NCBI GenBank assembly: GCA_010909165.1
Contig: VJWM01000179.1
Span: 372,001-436,000 of the forward strand
Direction of reading: 5' to 3'
Source: Anthoceros angustus
Lineage: Eukaryota > Plantae > Anthocerotophyta
Length of the DNA stretch: 64,000 nucleotides
Below are positions 12,941-22,556 of this stretch, piece by piece. The notes under the pieces are model-generated. The model ran no database searches, was not told the DNA's origin, and saw only the letters and a list, made by a program, of their open reading frames with translations. Each line of letters begins with the position of its first letter. The first letter of the stretch is position 1. Made by a program: the position numbers and the translations under genes.

Positions 12941-13399
12941 CGCCTCGATTTTGCCATATGTTTCAAGGGCTCTGCAGATGCTGGATGAAGGTACCCACAC
13001 GGTATGAGACAAGAATGTGAAAAAGGATAGTGGCCCCGTAATCCGAACGTTCAAATTAGGGGACTTCATGGTTGGACATGATGACAGCCGCCACAAAATA
13101 AACTCTCGCAACGGCAACCCGACGCCGACAAAGTTTAGTAAATCCCAGGTTACTTAACCCTTGGTTAAACAAGTCAGGGTTCAAGCCTAGTTAATTAACC
13201 ATGGTTCCATCTTAACCGAGGGCATCCTAAAAAACCGGAAGAGCCCGTTTTTAGGGTTTGCTCCACAGTTTTGGTGCGCAGCCATTTTATATCACCGTTT
13301 GCATCCAGGATTTGGGATTGTCTGGCGGCATGTACCAAGCGATTGGAGGCAAGGATCGGTGGTGGGGAGTGAGCCGACAAGCGCCCGAATCTCGGTGAG

Positions 13400-14090
13400 C
13401 CTAATCTCGAGAGGCGTGGCCTGGGCGCGCCCAAGGCCCCGCCATGGCTGCGCCCAAGGCGCGCCACGGCCATGGCGCGCCTGGCGTGCATGGCGCGCCC
13501 AAGGGCGGCCATGGCGCCATGGCGGCCATGGGCGCCATGGGCCACCATGGGCGCGCCCAAGGGCGCCATGCGCCATGGGCGCCCAGGGGGTGCCCCTGCA
13601 TGCGCCATGGCGCCAAGGGCGCGCCCAGGCGTGCCTCGGGCGTGCCCAGGCGCCCATGGCGCCTGGCGCCCATGGCGCCCAGCGCCCAGGGGGTGCCCCT
13701 GGGCGCCAGGCGCCCATGGCTGGTCATGGGCGCGCCAAGGGCGCCATGGCGCCTGGCGCCCAGGGGCGCCCAGGCGCCCATGGCGCCTGGGCCTGGGCGC
13801 GCCCAGGGTGCCATGGGCGCGCCTGGGCGCGCCTGGCGCGCCCAGGCGTGCCAGGCATGCCGCGCGCCTGGGCGCCATGGCTCGCCATGGGCCATGGGCG
13901 TGCCCAAGGGCGTGCCCATGGCTGGTCATGGGCGCGCCCAAGGGGCTGCCATGGCCAAGGCGCGGCCTACAGCGCGCCTGGTCGGCTCAAGGGCGCCCAA
14001 TGGCGCCAAGGGCGTGCCCATGGCGCCCAAGGCGTGCCCTTGGGCTTCCACAAGCGCGCCCAAGGGCATGCCGAAGGATTCGGTGTTCAT
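13400..14090. repeat. ~700-bp GC-rich array of CCATGG / GGCGCC / GCGCGC palindromes between the divergent transposase and MTase genes
   Basis: Units like ggcgcccatggcgcgcccaagg. The array generates the overlapping junk ORFs at 13195-14105. Confidence 0.9.
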
Positions 14091-14311
14091 AATCTGATAC
14101 AATGAAAATGTTTTGGTGATTTGCAGGAAACAGGGTGGAGGCTCTCCCTCGAGAGTCTCTGAAACGTGTGTTCTCGCAGGATTCTGCAAGAATCATCACC
14201 GACCTTCTCGAGAATGCGAAATAGCAGGTTGGTGCCCCTTAAATTGTATTCTCTACGGACAGTTGCTAACATGTGGCCGATTTTCATTCCTGCGTGTTTT
14301 TGATTCCAGAT

Positions 14312-15005
14312 ATGTCAAGTAGTGGGAGAAAAGTCCGTGAAGCACGCCAACGTAGTGGACCATCCTCCCGAACCTCCTCAAGCGAACGATGCATGTGCCG
14401 AGGCAAGGGGCTGGAAACGGGAAGGCAGGGGGTGATGGCATGGTGGTGCAGAAACCCAAGGCTGTGGAATCACAAGCAGATTGCACATGGGCACTCACAA
14501 GGGAAGAGTGGAGCGTCCCAAGGGGCTTCAGAAGGGAAGAAGAGGTTGGGGAAGGGAGCATCTGGGTTAGCTGAAGATAGTACCCAGACATTGTTTGACG
14601 AATTAGGCATTGTTCTAGGCACTACGCTCGAGAACCCTTTCACTTCGCGAGAAAGGACTGCCTTGAAGGAGATATGCGTGCATCTTCCTGAACAGGGTCT
14701 ACTTGACAAGGAATGGTGCATCCATGAAGAAGGTACTGATTCCACTGTGCCAACTTTGATCCAATCCTGTTATGGGTCAATGGATACATGGACGTGTTGA
14801 AGACACAAGATAGTGGTGGGCTACATTCTATGGGCTTGAAGTGCAAGTCGATCAAATGTGAGAGTGAAGCTTTTGATCCGCACTATGAAAGAGAAGTTTT
14901 ACATGAAGACTTCTAATTGTCATCGGATGCTTGTCTTGAGCGCGGACAAGTTGATTGCGAGACGACACACGACCGAGAGGACTTGACGCTCTTACACTAG
15001 ACAAG
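14312..15005 (+). pseudogene. Probable first coding exon of the ParB-like/MTase gene
   Basis: ATG at 14312 follows an acceptor-like ttttgattccAG. The segment ends at donor aag|GTGAGC (15006). ...LDALTLDK joins in phase 0 to TFVNALTFL... after the acceptor at 15577. Confidence 0.45.
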
Positions 15006-15577
15006 GTGAGCTTGTTTCTATGTTTTCGTTCTAACTGAGTGGTTTGAAGGATGAGTTGTCAGTTACCTCCTCAATGACCTGTACACGTGGACTGGTGCGC
15101 GCACCGCCTCCCGGGGCCCATGGTGCGCGCGCGCACCGCCTCCCTCCCGCCTCCCGGGGCCCATGGTGCGCGCATGTGCGCGCACTGCTCCTCCCTCCCG
15201 CCTGGTGCGCGCAGCCAGCCTGAGGCGCACAAGTGCGCGCACCAAGCTCATGGTGCGCGCGGTGCGCATGGTGCGCGCGCGCGCACCCCTCTCGCGCACA
15301 TGTGCGCGCGGTGCGCGCGCGCGCACCGCCATCCCGCCTCCGGCGCTGGTGCGCGCGCGCGCGCACCAAGCCCCCCAGACAGTGCGCGCACAAGTGCGCG
15401 CACCGCCTCTACCCTCCCTTGGCTCAGAGGGGCGGTGCGCGCGCACGCGCGCACCATGCCCCTACAGCGGCTGCGCTCATGTGCGCGCACCTGGCCGCCG
15501 GCCGGTGCTTGTGAAGTTGTCTTCCATTGTTCAATTTTTGCCGGGATGGTAATCCTCTTCTGGTTTTTTCTTCACAG
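15006..15577 (+). other. Putative intron filled with GCGCGCAC repeats
   Basis: GT at 15006, ttttttcttcacAG at 15577, and a (GCGC)-rich array at ~15095-15490. Confidence 0.55.
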
Positions 15578-18500
15578 ACGTTTGTGAATGCCCTGACGTT
15601 TCTCCGCAAAGAGATCGTAGTTGGCTTAATTATGACAAAGATGGCCGACGAAGCAGTGGGTGGTCAACCTATTGTGGAGAAGGCGGAAGGAAGACTACCG
15701 CAATTTGCAACATTTGCTAAGCCGCCGTCTGCAAATGCTATGGAGGAAGAACTATCGAGAAGACTCCATGGACCAAGATACCGAAGGTATGAAGCGCCCG
15801 GATAGAGAGGTTGAGGATGAAGCAGATCGTGGGGATCGCGAAGAGGGGGGAGCAGATGATGAGGAGGCGGATGTTGAAGCCGTGGGTTTGAACGCCCAAG
15901 CTGAGATGAATAGGAATGAGGAGACCCAAAGTGAGGGACTATCCAAACGGTCCTCAAATGCATCCAAAAATCAGTTGTTTTTGCCATCAGCTAAACAAAT
16001 ATTGAAGAGTCTAGAAAACATCCGCCAGGTATCTGAAGGCGAAAGAGCAAAGGGATATATCGTCGAAAGAGAAGAAGGCAGGAAGAAAGGCCAGAACAGA
16101 ACCCAAGACGAGGACACAGAGGAGGATCTTCAGGAAATTGTTCGAGACTCGCCTGTGAAAAAGAAAGGCAAGGGCAACAGCGTGAAGAGGGCTACGCATA
16201 CCGACGTGGACAATAGTCCGGCAACTGGGCGAGTGATTACAAAAGCAGTGATGACAGACAACGATAGAGTGGAGCGGGCGCAGCAGAACAGGGATCCTCT
16301 CAACCAAATCCGGGAGTCAGCACACAAGAAGAGATGCATCCCTCACACGGACATGGTTGCCATCACCAAGCTGAGAAGCGCTGATTATTTAACCCGAGAT
16401 GCTCAAATCAAGAGTAGATGAGTCTTGGGAAAACATCTTCTCCGAGAAATAAAAAGGGACCAAAGGCAAGAAGGAGTACTTCCTCCTTTGTATGATAGAC
16501 CCAAGAGAGTGCCCAAGATCACTACGATAAGGATAAGTCAAGAAACAACAATACACTATGGGAGTGTTAGGAGGAAATCACGCTTCTATGCTTTCCGAGA
16601 CTATATGCCGAGGACGGAGAATTCGCACTACCAATATATGGAAGCCCATATCTATGCCGGGTTGACGAAGCCGAGATGAGATGTTTGGCAAGCGGATCAC
16701 AATGTAAAGGCCCAGTGAAGCGGATGTCCTTCATCGAGCAAGTTCGATACATCCACGATGAGATGAAGATTGCGGCTGCGGATGGCGTTAACATTACTAT
16801 GGACTGGAAATACTGCGGGGATGCTCGGCGTGATCGGGGATGCCGCATCGTGAAGATATGCAGTTGGTAGACCGAAACTGCGTGCTCGTGCAGTCTCCGG
16901 CGCATGTCTGGGATAGGGTGGATGAAGTATTCGACCTTTGGGAGAAAGGCGAGCTACCGGAGCAGGGAAACCGCAAAAAAGGCAGCAAAAGAGGAAAATC
17001 CAAACGTGGCGGCCCTGAACCTGAACCAGCAGTGCGAGATCCGAATCTTATTGTAAAGCCAATGCATGCGACGAACTGGCGGGTGTTCCAGGGAATGCCT
17101 CCGGGAGAGGCTGGCGAACGGATTATGCTATCAGCACTGGAGAAAGTAATTCAGGGAGAGTTAAGCGTGAGCGGCATGAAGACGTGGATCATAAAGGCAA
17201 AAAAGTTAAATGTGATACAAACATTGCTCGGGTTTACGGTGTCGTCATTTGCGAGAGGTTGAGAGAGTACCCACGGCACGGGGCGGATGATATCGCAAAG
17301 TTTCAACCGGTTTTCGACCACATCGTAAGTTATTCTCGCTACATCGGCATTATGGATTAGGTGCGCGCACTTGTTTGCGCATCCCCATCATTGTCAAATT
17401 TCACAATGCTTTTTTGGTACTCGCACACTTTGAAGCAGGCAGAAGAGTACAAAGAAAAAGTCATTCCAGATAGCTTCAAAGAGCATATCAACGCAGCAAG
17501 GAACTGGAAGAGGGTGGAAGACCTTCAGAGAGAATTAGCAGAGGAGGACAATGATGCTAAACTATCCACGTTCCAAGTCCCAAAAAGCAAACAGAAAGTC
17601 AGGTACCAAGTAATTACTGGTGATATTCGCGAAATGGCCGGCTATCTTGGAAAGCGGGAATACAAACTGCTGGTTGTTGATTTGCCAAGAGGGAATGTGT
17701 AATCGGATCGAGATGACATCCAAGATTATGAAAAATCATGGATGGGTTCATGACGAACGGCCGCAAAACCTTTCGAGTGGTATTCATGCATGGTCCGGAT
17801 CGATGCAGACGTTCGAATGCGCCTGAAATGGTGTGCGCGGGGGGGTGTGTATACCATGGTGTGGGAGAAAGATAATTTAATTGCAGATGAAGGTCTATAT
17901 GAGAATTGTGAATATTTTACAGTAGGGTATGGTGTCCACCCTACCGTCGAAGATATGAGGAAATGCAGTGCGCTGTGCAACAGTGCATCAGGGGAGATTG
18001 GAGCCATGCCCGCTTTCATTAGACACAGCGCCGTCGTGAAGAAACTTTTGAATGTGTCAAACGATGGACATGTTGTAAACCCTTACCAGAAACCAATAGG
18101 GCTTATGGTTCTGCTTTATGACCTTTTCACGGAGAGAGGGGAGTGGGTAATAGATGGGTGCTCCAGGAGCGGCAGTGGTATACAGATTATTGGAAGGCCG
18201 CAATTGCATCGCCATCGACTGTGAGCAAAGAAGCACCATTTTCATTGATCGGATAATGGGGCATGAGGTTTTCCGATGAGGAAGAAGACAACCAAGCCAC
18301 ATAAGCGAGGGCATCCGGTTTTCGCAAAGGAGTTAGCAGCGGAAGGTCTATCAAGTCGAGGCGCTTCTTCATTTAACTCATGGCACTTCCGCTCCCATCG
18401 ATCTTGATTTGAGTCAATCCCAGGGACCACAGAAGAAAAAGGAGAAAGCAACAACGAAAGAATCAAAAACACCAAAGAAGCGAGTCGATGAGCAAGAAAC

Positions 18501-18678
18501 AGCCCCAGCGGTGAAGGATCCCACTTGGGACATTCAGCATTTACAGACGTTTGGCATGGGCGGATTTATAGGGGCAAACCCAACAGATCAAAATCTTGCG
18601 GTTCACGATCCTCGCCTACAGTCTATCAACGATGACATTATTGTCCCGAGATCAGAAACACAAACGTTTGAGGAGTAA
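15578..18678 (+). pseudogene. ParB/Sulfiredoxin-like domain + beta-class amino (N4C/N6A) DNA methyltransferase, frameshifted
   Basis: ParB-like: DAQI...EGVLP, VLGGNH (16564-16581, alternative frame), YMEAHIYAGLT, MSFIEQVR. MTase: YKLLVVDLPRG (motif IV position, D at 17679), NPYQKPIGLM (18078), GEWVIDGCSRSGSG (motif I, 18153), then GRNCIAID (18196-18219, after a frameshift). The order IV...X-I is the beta class, compare HPTQKP...GDLVLDPFAGSGTT...GRRFIGIE. Confidence 0.8.
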
Positions 18679-20131
18679 CCTGATTGAGAATGTGAACATA
18701 AATTAGGGTTTGGCGGTGTAGGCGGCGCATGTTTGCGCATTTAACCGTAATATTTTTCCTGATATACACAAGTCCACAAGGTGGACTACGGTTTCATGCT
18801 GTCATTATTGCTGTGCATTTCAATAACACACATTATGTGAAAGCAACTGCTTCTTCGTTATAGGGAAAACACGAGGGTTTGCTACATAATAGCCGATTTG
18901 TGTTCGGATTTTGCATGGCGCAAAAAGGAGTCCATCCTTAGACATGTGCAAGAAGGGGTTACTGGAGAAACCCCTTTCTACCCAGACGCTGTTCTATGCA
19001 TTGGCATAATGACCAGGTTTCGATTTTTTGTCCTGGTGTTCTATAGGAGGATGGGTCCAATTGATGCACAGGATCCGGCTGCTAACATCGACAAATACTA
19101 TCACTTCTACATCAGTGATGATATGGTCCACGATACATTGTTTGTACAGCACTGCCTCATGTTGCATTGGCAGTGGATGCTTGATTCTGGGTTTCCTGTG
19201 CCCCGGGAACATTGGTGTTGGTCGGATTGGGCAGCTAGTCAATTTAAAGCTTGTAGGCTTTCTTACTTTGTTGCTCGTTACCCTAGCTTGACTGGGGTTG
19301 CAAGATGCTATGGTCGTTTTTGGCTAAGGGGCATGGCAAAGGCGAACATGACGAGCAGTGCAATCTTGAAAAGGGCATTGCGGTCGCAGAGTCCTCTCCG
19401 AGATCGAAACACAAACGCTTGAGGAGTAACGATTGAGAATGTGAACATAAATTAGGGTTTGGCGGTGGCGCGTACATGTTTTTCGCCGTAATATTTTTCC
19501 GATATACACAAGTCCACAAGGTGGACTACGGTTTCATCTTGTCATTATTGCTGTACATTTCAATAACACACATTATGTGAAAGCAATCGCTTCTTCGTTA
19601 TAGGAAAACACGAGGGTTTGCTACATAATAGCCGATTTGTGTTCGGATTTTGCATGGCGCAAAAGGGTCCATCCTTAGACATGTGCAAGAAGGGGTTCTT
19701 GGAGAAACCCTTTCTACCCAGATTCTATGCATTGGCATAATGACCAGGTTTCGATTTTTTGTCCCGTGTTCTATAGGAGGATGGGTCCAATTGATGCACG
19801 GATCCGGCTAACATCGACAAATACTATCACTTCTACATCGGTGATGATATGGTCCACGATACATTGTTTGTACAGCACCGCCTCATGTACTGGCGATGCG
19901 GATGCTTGATTCTGGGTTTCCTGTGCCCCGGGAACATTGGTGTTGGTCGGATTGGGCAGCTAGTCAATTTAAAGCTTGTAGGCTTTCTTACTTTGTTGCT
20001 CGTTACCCTAGCTTGACTGGGGGTTGCAAGATGCTATGGTCGTTTTTTGGCAGTGGGCATGGCAAAGGCGAACATGACGGAGCAGGTGCAATCTTGAAAA
20101 GGGCATTGCGGGCTGCAGAGTCCTCTCCGAA
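18648..20131. repeat. Tandem duplication, 2 x ~750 bp, spanning the right TIR and flanking transposase A
   Basis: Copies start at ~18648 and ~19400 (aaacacaaacg.ttgaggagtaac). The second copy has a degraded TIR at ~19690-19725. Confidence 0.9.
18959..18993 (-). repeat. Right TIR of the MTase-carrying element
   Basis: ttactggagaaacccctttctacccagacgctgtt. Confidence 0.92.
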
Positions 20132-20800
20132 TGCTCCTTGATTGCAGTCTGCCTCTGATGTTGTCACTTAAGAGAGAACATCTCAGCCGATGCAACGTTG
20201 TGCAGGAGTGGAGAGCATGCTGTCCATAGGAGCTCACGATTGGGAAACCGAGGTGAGCAGGAGGAACAAGTTTAATTGTGACCCAACACGGGTCAAAAAA
20301 TGCATAGCATATATGGTTTCAGCATGCATCTAACTCAATCTGAAAATGCGCATGTTGGAGACAGCTCGTGTCTTGATCGTCAAGCATTCTCTATGTGAAA
20401 CTATCGCCCATGCAGGGATCTGGAGACTCGTATCCGTTAGAGCACATGGTCAACCCACGGGAGGAGCCCGTACTCGGAGAAGAGGCTGGGAGCCATAAGC
20501 TCACCGAGTTCTCCATGTTCGGGCTTGTAGCGTCATCCCCATCGGCCTCGCTGGCAGTCTGATCATATTTCCCAGCTGTGAACTGCGGGGTGACGTTCCC
20601 TTCTGGGCGGAGGCGTTCGACTCCAACTCGGTCGTCGTGAAAGACTCTGATGCATCCACACGCCGCTACCGCCCGGCAGGGTCTTGGCCATCCGCGGTGG
20701 GTCACTGAGAAGCGCCGTGCTCCAATGCAATGAGAAACTGGGGACATCGGCCTGCGAGTCCATGTTTGGCGAAACAAAGCGGTAGACGGAAAGAACTGTG
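18994..20800 (+). pseudogene. Sola2-like transposase A, catalytic core and C-terminus (partly duplicated)
   Basis: MHWHNDQV...YHFYISDDMVHDTLFVQHC...WCWSDWAASQFK...WSFFGSGHGKGEHDGAGAILKRAL. Confidence 0.85.
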
Positions 20801-22556
20801 GGTGTAGGTACATAGGTATACCACATTTTGTGACATATGCAAATGTGCACTATGTACGATATACTGAAGTTTTGATTATCCAATATTTATATAGTTTGAA
20901 GTTAAGTCAAATTTGGAGCGTGAACATGTCATGTACAATTTGAACTTGGGAACCGAAGTACGGCTCGGGCGTGAAGGTGTTTCGACTTCAGGGGAGCTCT
21001 GAGGCCATGCCACACCATCGCCATTTGGAGTGTTCAGGAGGAAGGGGAGGAGGGTGCCCAGCTCATCCACAATGAGGTCCCCACGGTTAGAGGCCAGGCA
21101 GGCGCGGCGGAAGGGAGATCGGGCCAGCGCCGCCGGGGAGGACAGCCAAGTTCGGAGCCACCAATCTGCGAGGTGCGAGGTCGCCTGAGCTGCAATTGCT
21201 GGGGTTCGGGGCTTGCGTTCTTGCCATGACCCCGCCTCGACAGATCTGCCCATCAGGAAACGCCCACCTAGGAGCTCGGCCGTGATGACGGCCTGTATGA
21301 TTGCATGTTTGGAAAGTTTAGGGTGCGATTGGGTGAGGTGGTGATCGTCAAGTGCAAGGCCTCACGCCCAAGGTGGGAGGCACCTCTAAGCTCATGTCCC
21401 GAGACCCGGCTTGTGGAGCCCTCCTCGAGCCCAGCCGTGGTTTGGGGCTAGGACATGGGCCTGCTTTGCACGGCGAGAGCTGCGGATGGCGGAGGACAAG
21501 GGGCGGCCGCGATGGGGACTTGGCCGGCTCGGCGGGGCCAGCTCGGCGTGCTCGAGTGCTTTGATGCTGCAGATGTGGATGGTGCTCATGCCCGCCCCAA
21601 CTGGTAACTTAACAGGGTCCTTGATGTGGGTTGTGTGCGGAGGAATTCATCTAAGGGCAGACGTCCGGAGCTTGAAGAAAGCGAGGACGCCAGAGATGTG
21701 GAAGACCACACTCAGGAGGGGAGCTCTGGGCACTCATCCGCAGAGTGAGACTGGAGGTGAGGTGGAAGCGACCTCACCTGAGGTGCCCAAGCGCCGAAGT
21801 GGCAGATCCATGGAATCCAAAAGTAGGGCAGCGGAAAGCGGAGCCGGAAGGGAAGGAGCGCCGGAAGAGAAGAGGCGCTTGGAGGGAATATGGCGAGCGA
21901 AAGAGCCCATGGCAAGATGGACATGGAGGGCGATGGCGTGATCCGTTGTCTGGGTGGATGTCAAAGACTTGGGGCTCGCAAATGGACCGAGGGAAATGTT
22001 GGGGAATGAGGAGGTGGAGAAGCTTTTGGCCCCCGCTTTAACGAGGGCATGGTTGGCGGGAACCTGCCTCAAGAAGAATGGAGGAAATTGATGTTCTTGT
22101 TTATGGCATGTACGAGTTGAGGCCCGCTTGGGAGAAGCGGATCCCTAGGCTTATGGCCCTTGGGATTGCGTTGGAGAAACTTCTGGCGTTGAGGTGAACG
22201 GAGGGTGTTTCACGAGAAGACCCAATCCGGAAGGAATAAGAAACGAAATACGAGAGGAAAGCGGGCGGTGAAGGCTGCAGGAGTCAAGGAGGAAGAGCCC
22301 CTACTCATTGTAGGGAAGCCCACAGACATGAGCAGCCACCTCATGGTAGGATGTGCTTGTTTTTATTTTGTCTCTCAAGGTTGTCTAACATGCATTTATC
22401 TTCCTGCTCCGCATGCAGTCGCTAAGTCCTCTAGACTACCTAGTATCCTCTAAGGAGCACCTGTGATGGCCCTCCTTGTCATCAACCTTTTGACATAGTG
22501 TAGGCTCATGTGAAGTGCACCATGCACTAGCTTATCCCGGTGAATCGGACTGGTTG

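Larger units (their letters stand above)
9069..18993. mobile_element. 9.9-kb TIR DNA transposon (DUF7869/Sola1-like) carrying a ParB-like/amino-DNA-methyltransferase gene
   Basis: 35-bp TIRs at 9069-9103 and 18959-18993 match at 34/35 positions. TSD CTAT occurs at 9065-9068 and 18994-18997. Excision restores caa tct atg cat tgg (QSMHW) of transposase A. Confidence 0.9.

Noticed and set aside
13195-14189. Six or more overlapping 140-270 aa ORFs
   Set aside because: These are translations of a stop-poor palindrome array and are open in nearly all frames.
15031-15609. Ala/Arg-rich ORFs on both strands
   Set aside because: They derive from the GCGCGCAC array inside a putative intron.
15578-18678. 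Bacterial or phage contamination as the source of the ParB-MTase gene
   Set aside because: The gene lies inside eukaryotic TIRs with a TSD, has spliceosomal-type splice sites, and has a diverged paralogue elsewhere in the window.
20950-22200. Possible LINE ORF1/gag remnant with a zinc knuckle (~21205-21250, minus)
   Set aside because: The CCHC motif needs assumed indels, and no endonuclease or RT is adjacent.
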